From the NCBI RefSeq assembly GCF_030028105.1, contig NC_092370.1, positions 174,974,647 through 175,038,646 of the forward strand: a DNA stretch of 64,000 nucleotides, written 5' to 3'. Below are positions 12,927-25,217 of the stretch, in pieces (the stretch's first letter is position 1; every line of letters starts with the position of its first letter). The position numbers and the translations under genes were made by a program. The stretch comes from Mobula birostris. Its lineage: Eukaryota. The notes below the pieces were generated by a model. That model was given only the letters and a program-made list of their open reading frames with translations. It was not told the origin of the DNA and searched no databases.

Positions 12927-13637
12927 CGCAAACACGAGGAATTCTGCAGATGCTGGAAATTCAAACAACACACGTCAAAGTTGCTGGTGAATGCAGCAGG
13001 CCAGGCAGCATCTATAGGAACACCTACGCTCTGTCCGCCAGAGAAAGCAGGATCTCCCAGTGGCCACACATTTTAATTCCACGTCCCATTCCCATTCTGA
13101 TGTGTCTATGCACGGCCTCCTCTACTGTAAAGATGAAACCACACTCAGGTTGGAGGAACAACACCTTATATTCTGTCTGGGTAGCCTCCAACCTGATGGC
13201 ATGAGCATTGACTTCTCAAACTTCCGCTAATGCCCCACCTCCCCCTCGTACCACATCCGTTATTTATTTACATACACACATTCTTTCTCTCTCTCTCCTT
13301 TTTCTCCCTCTGTCCCTCTCACTATACCCCTTGCCCATCCTCTGGGTTTTTACCCCCTCCCCCTTTTCTTTCTCCCTGGGCCTCCTGTCCCATGATCCTC
13401 ATATCCCTTTTGCCAATTAGCTGTCCAGCTCTTGGCTCCATCCCTCTCCCTCCTGTCTCCTCCTATCATTTTGGATCTCTCCCTCCCCCTCCCCCTCCCC
13501 CACCCACTTTCAAATCTCTTACTATCTCTTCTTTCAGTTAGTCCTGACGAAGGGTCTCGGCCCAAAACGTTGACTGTACCTCTTCCTCTACATGCTGCCT
13601 GGCCTGCTGCGTTCACCAGCAACTTTGATGTATGTTG
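12927..13637 (+). mobile_element. Penelope-like element (GIY-YIG C-terminus plus 3' end) with an inverted terminal copy
   Basis: 14-bp TSD TTTACTTTCAATGG at 12913-12926 and 13638-13651. 13021-13637 matches the element at 57311-58129. 12927-13020 is an inverted copy of the 3' terminus. Confidence 0.9.
13540..13575 (+). ncRNA. Minimal type I hammerhead ribozyme motif (GAAA box mutated to AAAA)
   Basis: AGTC-CTGACGA-A-GGGTCTCGGCCC-aAAA-CG-TT-GACT: stem I AGTC/GACT, CUGANGA box, stem II GGG/CCC, and palindromic ACGT in place of stem III. Confidence 0.65.
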
Positions 13638-15500
13638 TTTACTTTCAATGGTAAAGCTTTTCATCCAGTGCACCACAAGAATATTCTTACACTTTTCAGA
13701 TTAACAGTTTGCAAGTGGCAGGTTGTCAGTGTTGATATGAGATGACATGCATTTTCCAGGGAATTGAGATGCTTTGTTTTTCTACTGCTAGATATTACTG
13801 ATTAGATTTTGAAAACCTGTGAAGATAAATTGATTTGCCTAGTTAAATGGGTGTCTATACTTATTAAAATTGACATCAGATACAAACAAGTCTTGTGCTA
13901 TTTTTGGATGTGTTGGAGTGCTCCAAAATACTGTGTAGTTCATTTATTATCTGATACAAAGAATTCAGTGTTTATGCACTAAAGATTGTAAGATTTCATT
14001 AAATAGCACATTTCTGATTGATAAACCCAACAGAATAAAATATTTTCATGGTGAAAGCTCCAATTCATATTTTAGTTGTAAGTTTAGCTGATTGATAAAT
14101 TACTTTTCTTTAAAAGCAATGTGTGGATTCAAGGCTATCATTCTGCAGAATTGTGAATTGTTATTTGCTTGCCTAGAGGGGTTTGAGTGTGATCCAACTT
14201 GAATACTGTTTGCCAGGTGTTATCATTCCCCTACTTAATCTGTCAGTGATATGTTCATGAAGCATGACTTGTAGCCTGATAGTTCAGGACTATCTGAAAG
14301 GAGTATTGTATCATCTAGTTTACTGCTCAATGATCATATAATCTGCAGCATAGTAGCATGTGCACAGTATTTGGTTATAGGAGAGAACAGTTGTTTCATT
14401 GTTGCTGAAAGATGCAGAAGGCATGATATCAAAATATGTTATTATTGCCTATGGATATTTGCCTGCTGGGAGCTGGGAATTCTGAGAGTTTCTATTTGAA
14501 AGAAAGCAGATGATAATAATGGGTAGGTGTTATGTTGCTTTGAACAACCCAGTTTATTACTGAGGTTGCTAAGATACAGAGATCTTTTATTGGGTTATCA
14601 TTTGTTGCAGTTGCTCTATTTTGATAATGCAGCAATTACACTTGTCTGCCACTAACCTTTACCTCTGGTTACTGCTCTCCCTGCCCCAAATTCCTTTTCC
14701 CTTTTCCTTCCAGAGGCACAAGAATCCTTGCCAAACTTTTGATCCTATGCAATAGGGAACAACTCCTGGGAAGCTTTACAAGCTTAGTAATATCTGAGAA
14801 AAGTTATTTGGCAGTTAAAGCATTTATGCAATTGCAATTTATGCCAAAAAGTAACACTCTATAGGTTTCATTCATTTATTCAGTTTGCTTTAAATGTTTT
14901 AATGTGGCCTTGTACATTAATTTGTTGAATATCTGAGCCACAGTAAGTTTGCTGCTGATTTGAGATGTCAGTAAAGGTGCATCAGTGGACCAAAAGAGTA
15001 AAAGTTCAGCTAAGCTTTTTAATTCTTGATAATTTTTTACCTGTTTAGAGAGGGTGGTTGTTTTGATTATTCTGCTAAGTGTGGAAAGACCTTTTCAGCT
15101 AGTGGATAAAGGTGTTGAATTCAATGCTTGAAAGGATAGTGGAGCTAGAAACCATAATTGTTGTTAAAAAAATACTTGGATGTATTGAAGAAATGTAATC
15201 TATAGGGTTATGCACCTTATGCTGGAAAATGGAATAAGGAAGGATGGTTCTTTGCTGAGCACCACAGATACAATAGGCTAAATAGTCCCCTTTAGTCTCA
15301 TCATTTTCCTTTGATTTTAAACTTCATTGCTTGAGTTTGTTGGGAATAACATTTGCTTAAAGGTGGAATGATTACAAAAGAAATAAAGATTATGAAGCAT
15401 ATGCAATTCTTTTTGTTTGCTTTAGTGTGTAATTCATACTCACTCAAATTCAGTAGGCCATGGTGTTGATGATGATGTGCATTGAAAAAGGAGTCAAGAG

Positions 15501-15778
15501 TAACACACACAAAATGCTGGAGGAACTTAGCAGACCAGGCAGCATCTATGGAAAAGAATACAGTCGATGATTTGGGTCGAGACCCTTAAGCAGGACTGGA
15601 GAAAATAAGATGAGGAGTAGAGTTAAACTCTACTCTCCATCTCTTTTCCTCCTGTTCTGCTGAAGGATCCAAAATGTCGACTGTGTTCTTTTCCATAGAT
15701 GCTGCCTGGCCTGCTGAGTTCCTCCAGCATTTTTTGTATGTTGTTTGGATTTCCAGCATCTGCAAATTTTCTCTTCTT
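15501..15778. mobile_element. Fold-back element made of two inverted Penelope 3' ends
   Basis: Hairpin centre GAGTAGAGTTAAACTCTACTC at about 15615-15635. Arms of about 120 bp: ATGCTGGAGGAACT..GCAGCATCTATGGAAAAGAA versus TTCTTTTCCATAGATGCTGC..AGTTCCTCCAGCAT. Confidence 0.8.
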
Positions 15779-16614
15779 TATGAAAGGAAAGCAGAGTACT
15801 TGTAGAACAAGAATAGTAATTTCCTTCTCTTTTTAAACAGCTTTTGTGATACTTTATGATCTATTCTTATTTTCAGTACCCTTTCATTTATGTTTAGAAT
15901 ATTACCTAATGTGATATTCAGTTTGGATTAAGACTGATTTGAAAAGATAACTGAAAAGGAAAATGACCATTCTTTTTTTCACCAAACACTTTTTTGTGTT
16001 CCATCTTTAGTTGCTGCAGAACTGTGACAACCGGTCACAAATTTGTTTGTCATCGATCCGATCATTTTTACGGCAAGATTTTTTTCTGATCATCAAAAGC
16101 ATTCTAGGGACATCTCATGAAATAAGTTTTAATTTAACCATACCTAACCAGATGATGATCCAGTGTGTAGAGCTAATTGTATAAAAATTCAAATGTCTTG
16201 AGTTTTTTAACAACTTAGTTTATATACATGTTTTTCAAATCAAAGCAATTCATAACAAAACAATGTTTCTTGGTTTTCGTTGATATTGGACAAGCTGCAG
16301 ACATCTTGGCTTGTAACAAAAAGTTTATAACCTTGCCACAAATTCTACTATCCCTGTGCTATTCTATCTTTGGCATCCTATTCAATCCCGAATAGACCAT
16401 AAGATATTTCATAGTAAAAAAATCCTCTATAAAATAGGAACAGTAGGCCTTCAATCATTCAGTTATCTTCATCCTTGTATTTATATCTGTTCTCTGTGTA
16501 ATTGCAGGCTTTCACAGACTTGCCTAACAATTTACTGCCACTCCCTACCCTATCTTTACCCAACCCAAACATTTTGTTGGTCAAGTCTTGTTTTTATTGC
16601 TTCAGAACAGTTCA

Positions 16615-16890
16615 CATCTAGAGTGACTTGAGTTCAATCCTGACCTCAGTGCTTTCCATGTGGAATTTGCATATTCATCCTTTGATCACATGGGTATCCT
16701 CTGGGTGTTTTGGATTCCTTCTACTTGCTGAAGCTGTGCAAGTTGGTTGGTAATTGGCTTCTATTAATAGCTTATAGTGAGGGTGGGATGGAATGTGTGT
16801 AGAGTATTTCAGGGAAAGTTGTAAGGAAACTGGATTGATTTGTAACTCATCATTAACTCAGTGTGCTAAATGGCCTTCTGCGGTCTAAGG
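16615..16890 (+). mobile_element. tRNA-derived V-SINE, degenerate
   Basis: B-box-like GAGTTCAATCC, followed by a V-domain-like ATGTGGAATTTGCATATTC..CATGGGTATCCTCTGGGTG and a CR1-like tail. Confidence 0.6.
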
Positions 16891-17089
16891 AAATAGGGGA
16901 ATATGGCTGTTCCCAAGCTGATAGTACACCTACTCTTCAGCATCCAGAATTTGTGTTTTAGAATATTTCTGAGTATGGATCTGGGACGAGGTTATTGCAT
17001 TAGGATGATAGAATTCCAAAATTCCGACCTTAAACTAAATTCCAAATTCAGTATTCCATCATCATATTTCTCAATTTGAGGTGTTATTC

Positions 17090-17555
17090 TGTGGAAGTCG
17101 AATCCGGGTAAAGTCACTCCGAGAGATCGTATAAATATAAATCCTTTATTCGAAGGCTCCAGGGTGCTTCTGTTAATTACTCTAACAGCAACAGTCTGTG
17201 ACTGTGACTGTTCTTGCCCGATCCACCAACTAACTCACAATTCCCCTTACAAAATAGATATAGTCGTTCAGATACCCCCACATAAGACAGGCTGGAGCCA
17301 GACTTATATACGTATATGACAGTCCCGAAAGACAAATTACAAAATAGGCATAATGGCCACATACACAGAACAAGCTGGAGCAGTTTTATCTATGTGGATA
17401 ACTGCACAAAGAAACAAAGACCTTGAAACACTGTCTAACTCCAAGAAGAAATATGGCTCAGCATGGCTTAGCACATCTGTTGATCATCGGCGATTTCAGG
17501 AAAAAACAGCCTGCTATGTTTAACTGACTGTGTTAACCCTTTAAATACTTTATCA
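17090..17555 (-). mobile_element. Solo LTR (466 bp)
   Basis: TG...CA termini with a 4-bp TSD ATTC at 17086-17089 and 17556-17559. On the minus strand, TATATAA (about 17305) precedes AATAAA (about 17146). Confidence 0.7.
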
Positions 17556-18079
17556 ATTCTTATGGAAACAAGGTCTAGCTTTATTAACTATGATGTGAAT
17601 AGTATTATTGTAAATTAAGCTGGTGATCTACCTGATGTATACTTCTGCATATCAGGGACAAAGCGAGAGGTATGAAAATGTGGTTTTCATACTATTGAAT
17701 CAAGAAATGGGTGACATGGAGCTTGATGGTATGTAGTTTAGTTCTGTGAAGTTGACTGTGAGCATATCAAACCAGCAGGAATTAAGCTGATGGCACAGCA
17801 GTCCAGCTGGTTGATTAAAGTGCCATTTGGGATATAACAGCTCAGTGGTTTTGGTTCCAGTCCAGTAACCTGTGTCCAAGTTCCAATGGCACCATCCTAA
17901 CTCATTTAAAAAAAAGTTTAGATAGTCATAGGTTTGCAGCCAAAGTGGCCAAAAAGGACCTCAGATTGTTGTAACTGATTTTCTAAGGAGTTTCTGGGAG
18001 GGGCAGCCAACCAGTTTAACATCATTTGCAGTCCACACTTGCATGGGTGAGTCTGACTGTTCTTAGAAAACAACTAAAG

Positions 18080-18830
18080 AAGTTAAAATTCAAGTTTAAT
18101 TGTCATTCAACCACCCAGGAATACAGCCAAATGAAACAATGTTACTCCAGGGTCAAAGTGCAAAACACTGTACCAACAGTCGGACACATGCAGCATAGCA
18201 CATATAAGATAGCAGTAAAATACAGTCACTGTAAAATAGCAGTAAAATAAAGTTCCTGAGTCCATGAATGTTGTAGCAGTCAAACACAATACAATGGGTC
18301 ATCTGCTGAACGAACGCTGGAGAGCAGCACTGACTCTAGCATGGACGCCACTCTACACCGCCTCCGGCAATCTGGTGGAGCACTTGACTGATGTCTTCCC
18401 CTGTGCAGCTGCAAACAGGTGACACTAGGATGGGAGGCTTAGTTCTCACTACAACTGAGGTCACAAAGCTCCCCTGCTCTCTGCCAATAAACCGATGAAT
18501 TGGACTTGCAGCATTTCCATTTCCAACAGAGTCTTGCAATCACAAGAAAAATGACCAAGATGATGACACTCGCTGTTAGACTGCACATCTCTTTCATGCG
18601 CCAACGCCTCTTTGTCACAGGCAGTGTCACAGTCTGTATCAAGTTTAGCTCCTTCAGTTTCTCTGCTACGAGCAACTTACTGATGGGGTAGACCTGCAGT
18701 GCTTTAAGTTCTTAATGTCCAACAGAGTCTTGTGATAGTAACAAATACATTTTAAGAAGACAATAACACCTTTGGTTGACCCTGTAGAAACCGCTGCATC
18801 GGAGCATGCCGCTTTCTTACCAGATTGGGC
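18080..18830 (-). mobile_element. Unclassified retroelement 3' region
   Basis: Starts AAGTTAAAATTCAAGTTTAATTGTCA, like the other LINE tails. Has an internal imperfect repeat CCAACAGAGTCTTG at about 18523 and 18719. Confidence 0.35.
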
Positions 18831-20165
18831 TTATGATGAGTAGAGAGGCCAACTCATCATTAAGAAAACACTTTATTGGATCCCTGAAGGGTGGAGGAAA
18901 CGTGGGAGATCAAACTTGGTGCTGTACCATCATCATGATCAGGTGCCATGCCCAGTTTGAGCTTTGACTGCCATGGCCCACACACTCCTGTTTCAGGTCA
19001 AGTGAATCAATTCATTGGTATTCATTTCCAGTTATCTGGCTGCTGTCTCCATCATCATTTGTCTTTATCTTCCTCTTGCTTTCTTCCCTTCAATCTTTCC
19101 CATAATTACTGTGCATTCTAACTCCTCTTTCCTAATCACATGTCCAATGAAGTTACGTTACCTTTTCATGATCTCATACATTATTTCTCTTTTTCTGCTT
19201 GCTCTGTTCATGACATCCTCGTTAGAAATTCGTTTCATCCATGATATTCTTTGCATCCTCCTCAAAAACCACATCTCTGCTGCTTCAATTTGTTTCCTCA
19301 TGTTACTAGATATTGTCCAACATTCTGAGCCATATAACATAACTGGATAAATGTAACATTTCAGTACTCTGAGGCGGGTTGTCATGCCTAGTTTAGTGTT
19401 GGTCAGTATACTCTTCCTTCTTGTAAAGGTGTCTTTTGCCATCCCTATTCTTCTTTTGATGCCCATGTTGCACCTGCCATCTGATGTCACCCAGCTTCCT
19501 AAGTAGCAAAAGTTCTGTACTTGTTTTATGTCTTCCCTGTTTATTCTCAGCCTGCAGATAGGATTCTCCTTCTTTTTGGATACCACCATACATTCTGTCT
19601 TTTTGCAATTGATAGATAGACCCATTTTTGTACTTTCTTCAACAACTATATCAATTATGTTTTGTAGTTCTTCCTCCATACTTGCAATTAACACAGTGTC
19701 AACCGCATATCTGAAATTATTGATGTTTTCACTGCCAACTTTGATTCCCAAGATGTCTCTTATTTTTTGTAATATTGTTTCACTGTACACATTAAATAAA
19801 TCGGGAGAAAACACACCCTTGTCTAATGCCTCTCTTGATTTTCGTAAACTGACTCACTTCTCCATCTATTCTTACAGCAGCAGTTTGTTCCCAGTACAGA
19901 TTTCTGATTAGGCGGAGGTCTTCCAAATCTAGATCTAGAGTTTCCTGTAATATTTCAAATAACTTATTGTGCTTCACTTTATCAAATGCTTTTGTGTAGT
20001 TGATAAAACAAACAAACAAATCTTTTTGCACTTGAATGCTGTACCATAGAGGCAGAAATGAGGACCCTGAACCACATCTGGGGCATACTAGAAAAGACGA
20101 CCAAGGTCAGACAGAGATGGTGGACCTTTATTGCTGCCAGCTGTGTCATGGGCCGTAAGTCAAAC
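18825..20165 (+). mobile_element. Old RTE LINE 3' fragment split by a younger RTE
   Basis: W.PEG..KRGR..W on the left of the insert continues on the right as IEAEMRTLNHIWG..RQRWWTFIAA. Confidence 0.6.
18931..20036 (-). mobile_element. RTE LINE, 5'-truncated
   Basis: ORFs 19792-20031 and 19158-19814 encode KAFDKVKH, KRGIRQGC, FRYAVD and MLYGSECWT. (GAT)n tail. 11-bp TSD TGCTGTACCAT at 18920-18930 and 20037-20047. Confidence 0.93.
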
Positions 20166-20917
20166 AAGCGAGTAGTGCCTTGCCAATCTCATCCATTTCC
20201 AAAAAAAGAGGCCAGTAAAATTTTCCGAAAAAGGAGGAGTTTTAATATTTTTGCAAATGTTTTGATGTTTGAAATGAATTGTGATCAGGTAAATTATTCG
20301 CAGGATTAATTATATTTATCAGCCAATATGTCATTTCAGACAAGCCTTCACAGCAAGTGAATGTTTATGAAAATTTTATTGTGTCTTGTAATTTGTCGCA
20401 GTTGTTTGTTAACATCACATGTTGTAATCCCATCCACAGCTGTTTGCATCTCTGCACTTTTCTTTCTCTAAAACTCTCCTTTCCAAACTGTATATATTTG
20501 GCCAGGTACCCATACATATGAAACTGGATGTTTTTTAACATTTGTAAAGCTGCTGAAATGCAAGTTGCTTTGTTGTCTAGACTCTTCTCTTAACACTAAA
20601 CAATTATCATTTAATTATTACATTATAATATGCAATTAGACTAGCTTAGATTAATAACCTAAAGTTACTAATGTTATTTATAAATACTCATTCATAACTC
20701 AAATTCTAGCTTATCTCTTTCAGTCATCAAAAATTGTTATTTTACAACAATAACTATTTACAGTCAAACAAATTATCTGCAGAGGATATTGCTTAAACTT
20801 ATTCAAAGTTGTAATGAAATAAACTTTTGTAGTTACTAACTGTTGTACTTGTCAATCACAGTTTGATGTTTAACTGGGCTTAAATTACTTGGAAAATCAA
20901 ACTGACGTACTGTATAC

Positions 20918-20997
20918 CAGGGGTTCCTAACCTGGGGTCCACGGACCGTTCAGTTAATGATAGGGCTCCATGATATTAAAAATATTGGGAACCCCTG
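20918..20997. mobile_element. 80-bp hAT-type MITE
   Basis: TIRs CAGGGGTTCC..GGAACCCCTG. Flanks CTGTATAC and TTGTATAC form a near-8-bp TSD with a 1-nt offset. Confidence 0.75.
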
Positions 20998-21662
20998 GTT
21001 GTATACTGTAAATTAGCTTTTGTATTAAAGAAGAATCATATTCTTTGTAAAATGTTTCTACCGAAGAAATTACAAATTTATGAATAGTTCATTACATATT
21101 AAAATGTTATCTGTAGTGTTTCATTTTCTGGTTTGTCAACTTTCCCTTTCACTGTTAATTCAGTGGATATGGCCTCTACCCCACTGTAAAATGTATAACA
21201 TTACATTTGCTTTCTTTACACTTGTTATAAGGTGGCTCAGTGATTTTATAAAGTTGTAACATTTGTTAAGACAATCCATATAGTTGGCTTGATTGCTCTG
21301 TGGACATTTGACAGAGAGGTAATGTCGATATGTTGAATTAGTCTGAATTTCTTGGCAAGAGTATTCAGTGTTCCTTAGTTCTTGAAGTTTAATGCAGTGA
21401 TTCACCTCAGTAGGTTAACAACTGCTAGGCTTAGCAATGGCTTTTTCCTGATGGAATACCAAGTGGATTAGCATCATTTCAAATCAGCAATAAATGAGGG
21501 GGAAAAACTGGGCATAATGTACTTGAAAAGTGAGCGCTGTGGAATGATGACTGACTAGATTCAGATTAAAATACAACTATTTATTCAATAACAGAATAAA
21601 GACAAAGCACATTAAGCACTTACTCATTGATGCAGTACTGTTTATCTTTTGGACCAGCAAAC

Positions 21663-24600
21663 TGTAATATTGATGTGACTCGGACACCGCTGTAGATTGA
21701 ACAACCAACTTTATTCACCCAGACTTCCATTTTTTAAACCTTTTCCACGTCCTGACGTCATAAGCACTCTGACGCTACGAATACTCACACAATACATTAC
21801 ATCCCCCTTCTCAAGATTTTTTTTACAACACTGTGAATTACCAAAACAATGCCTCTAGGTATGCCCTTCTTACAGTGCAACAACTATGACATAAACTAAA
21901 AAAATCTTACCTTCTTGTACTGTATTCTGCATTGTATTTTACAATACTAACAGCAGTGTATTTTCTTTTACTAACATAGACTAATAAACCTTTTATTTCA
22001 CACCTTGGAACTTATGACATGTGTGACTTTGCTTCATACTGTATGTCTAGTCTCTGTATCTAGCTGGAAGTTTGACTTGTCTCCCAGACTGTGTGTGATA
22101 CAACTGTGACTGTGCTTGACCTTCATCCGTGCCAGTCTCTCGAGTGACCTCTGTGTCTTTGGGGTCTGCATCACTCTTGGTGTTGTTTGTTTCCATGTCT
22201 GTATATGTGGAGATGTCCTGTGCATCTGTACGTGGAAACTCACTCTTGCCTTTCTTCAGCAGATGCTTCCTGTTCCTCCTGTAGATGCTTCCATCCGGCG
22301 TGCGAACTATGAAGGATCTTGGTTGCTGATGTCTGTTCACAACCACAGCTGGTTGCCAAGTGTCCCCTCTCTGTATTCTGACATTTTCACCTGTATGCAG
22401 ATCTGGCAACTGTCTTGTATATGTGTCATTGTAGCCCTTTTGCTTTATTTGCTTGTACTTTTGCTTGTTATGTACTTGAGCATTACCTTAAGGAGTCAGT
22501 AGAGTTGTGGATCTTGGCAGTTTGGACTTCAGACAACGTCCCATCAACAGCTGCGCAGTAGAGAACCCCACACCCTCAGTCAGTGTGTTGCGGTATTCAA
22601 GCAGAGCAATGTAAGGGTCACCGTTGCTGCTATGTGCCTTCTTGAGCATGCTCTTGACAGTTTGTACAGTTCTCTCTGCTTGTCCATTAGACTGAGCGTG
22701 CCCTGGACTGGAAGTAACATGTTGAAATTACCAGCTTTCTGAGAACCCTCTGAACTTACCACTGGCATATTGTGGACCATTGTCACTGACGACAGTATCT
22801 GGAATACCATGTCTTGCGAATGTCGACTTCATTGCGGTAATGACACCTCGACTGGACGTGTCACTTAACTTGGTGATCTCCGGATATTTTGAATAGTAGT
22901 CCACACAAAACAGATATTCTGTACCATTGTAATGAAAGAGATTGTGCTAATCTTCTCCCATGGTCTTCCTGGTAGTGGGTGGGGAAGCAGAGTCTCTCTT
23001 GGATTGCTGTTTTTGTTTTCATTACAGACAGCACACTGAGACACAATGTCTTCTATCTGAGTTGACATGCTTGGCCAATAGAGAATGTCCCTTGCTCTTT
23101 CTTTACATTTCACTATCCCCAGGTGTGACTCATGAATTCTGTTGAGCACTTCCTGTCTCATCTGGTTTGGTACGATGAGTTTTGCCATTTTAAACATTAG
23201 TCCTGATGCATAGCTGATTTCCTCTTTAAATGTCCAGTATTTCTGCATTTCCTTTGGAACATCTTTTCTTTCTGCTGGCCATCCATTCATTGTAATGCCT
23301 TTCAGCATTTGCATTTCAAGATCATCTGCAGTTGCTTTCCTGAACATGTTCAACTTCTCCTCAGAGATGGGTAGCTGAGGTGTAACCCAGTTGACCTCCA
23401 GCTCTCTTCCTAGCAACTCTTCCTTTTGCTCTTTGAGGTAAGCACGGCTCAAAGCATCAGTGATGTACAGTTCTTTTCCTGGCTTATAGGTGACTGTGAG
23501 AGTGTACCTCTGTAGCCTGAGAAGCATCCTTTGCAGCCTCATAGGAGCTTGGTGGAGTGGCTTTTTGAAGATGCTCTCAAGTGGTTTGTGATCACTCTCA
23601 ACCTGGATTTCTTTGCCATATACATATTGGTGGAACTTCTCACACCCATAAACTATGGCGAGTATTTCCTTCTCAATTTGAGCATATCGGCGTTGGCAGT
23701 CCATAAGTGCTCGTGATCCATACGCCACAGGCCTCCCATCCTGCAGTATAACAGCTCCTATTCCTTCTGAACTGGCATCCACAGACATCGTCACTGGTTT
23801 ATTGACATCATAGAACTTGAGTGTTGGTGCATTGGTGACCAACTGCTTCAATGTGTCAAAGCTTTTCTTTTGTTTGTCTTCCCAATGCCATTCAGTGTTG
23901 CTCTCTAGTAGCTTTCGGAGTGGAGCGCTGACCTCTGTTAAGTTGGGAATGAATTTGGCAAGATACTGTATCATGTCCATGAACCTCAATAGTTCTTGTT
24001 TATCTTTGGGTGGTGGTAGCTGTACCATAGCTCTGACCTTTTCGTCATCTGGTTTCAGCCCATCAGCACTGAGCACATGACCTATGTATTTGATCTCTGT
24101 AGTTCTGATCTTACATTTACTTTTGTTCAGTTTTAGGTTGTACTCACGTGCTCTCTCCAGGAGCTTCCTCAGTCTCTGATCATGTTCCTCAATTGTATCA
24201 CCCCATATCAGCAAATCATCAATGATGTTGACCACTCCGTCCAGGCCTTCAATCATTTGTGCCATGGATCTCTGGAATACCCTGATGCAGAAGAAATCCC
24301 AAATGGTAGACGCAGGAAACGATATCTCCCTATGGGTGTGTTGAAAGTGCATAATTTGGAACTTTCTTCATCCAGCTTGATCTGCCAGAAGCCTTGATTT
24401 GCGTCTAATACTGAAAAGTATTTTGCATTAGGCATGCGAAAGATAACCTCTTCAACTGTGAGCAGCGGATAGCGCTTTTGTTTGATGGCTTGGTTGAGAT
24501 CTTGTGGATCCATGCAAATCCTCGTCTTTTCAGCTAGGCCGCTAGTGGTGCAAAACAGCTCAAACCTCTGGATCCATATTTTCCAGTTTTCAACAAGATT

Positions 24601-24833
24601 ACCTTGTAGGCTTACACTTGGCAGTGGCTGTAACTGTGACATCTTTTACGTGTCTTCTCTTCCTTTTTATCTTTCACGTTTTCTTCTGACACCATGTAAC
24701 ATTGATGTGACTCGGACACCACGGTAGATTGAACAACCAACTTTATTCACCAGACTTCCATTTTTTAAATCCTTTTCCACGTCCTGACGTCATACGCACT
24801 CTGACGCTACGAATACTCACACAATACATTACA
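21663..24833 (-). mobile_element. Ty3/Gypsy LTR retrotransposon, internally deleted
   Basis: 139-bp LTRs at 21663-21801 and 24695-24833 (TG..CA). TSD CAAAC. PBS TGGTGTCAGAAG (tRNA-Leu type). PPT GAGAAGGGGGA. RT (IIDD), RNaseH (VDAS) and integrase (HESH..CAVC) in ORF 22865-24352. Confidence 0.97.
22047..24642 (-). pseudogene. Gypsy gag-RT fusion, RNaseH and integrase (frameshifted)
   Basis: ORFs 24253-24642, 22865-24352 and 22047-22409. The last ends ..IYRRNRKHL..SGRQVKLPARYRD, a typical integrase tail. Confidence 0.9.
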
Positions 24834-25217
24834 CAAACTATTGAAACAGAAAAAAATTAGAACAATGTACCTCCAATTATCTTTCTGTTCGGAAAAGAAA
24901 TTCCTTGTTTAGTGAATTGCAGATTTTATTCTGGATCAGTTTTCAGCTTTGGGAAAAGTATGGCATGAGGAAATAAATTGTTTATTTTCATTGTAGTAAC
25001 TTCCTATTTTCAAATCTAAAGGTTTCTTGGTGGGATTTTCTTGCCCATTTTGAATATTTTAGAACAGAGAAATGTAGGATGGTACTATCACAAAAGCAAA
25101 ATGTTGCAGATGTTTGAGAACTGCAGTAAAAATGTTGGAAATAATGATCATCTACTGGAAATACAATATGTAACATGGACATGGTAGTTGCAAAGCAGTG
25201 AAGTTACTAAATAAGTA

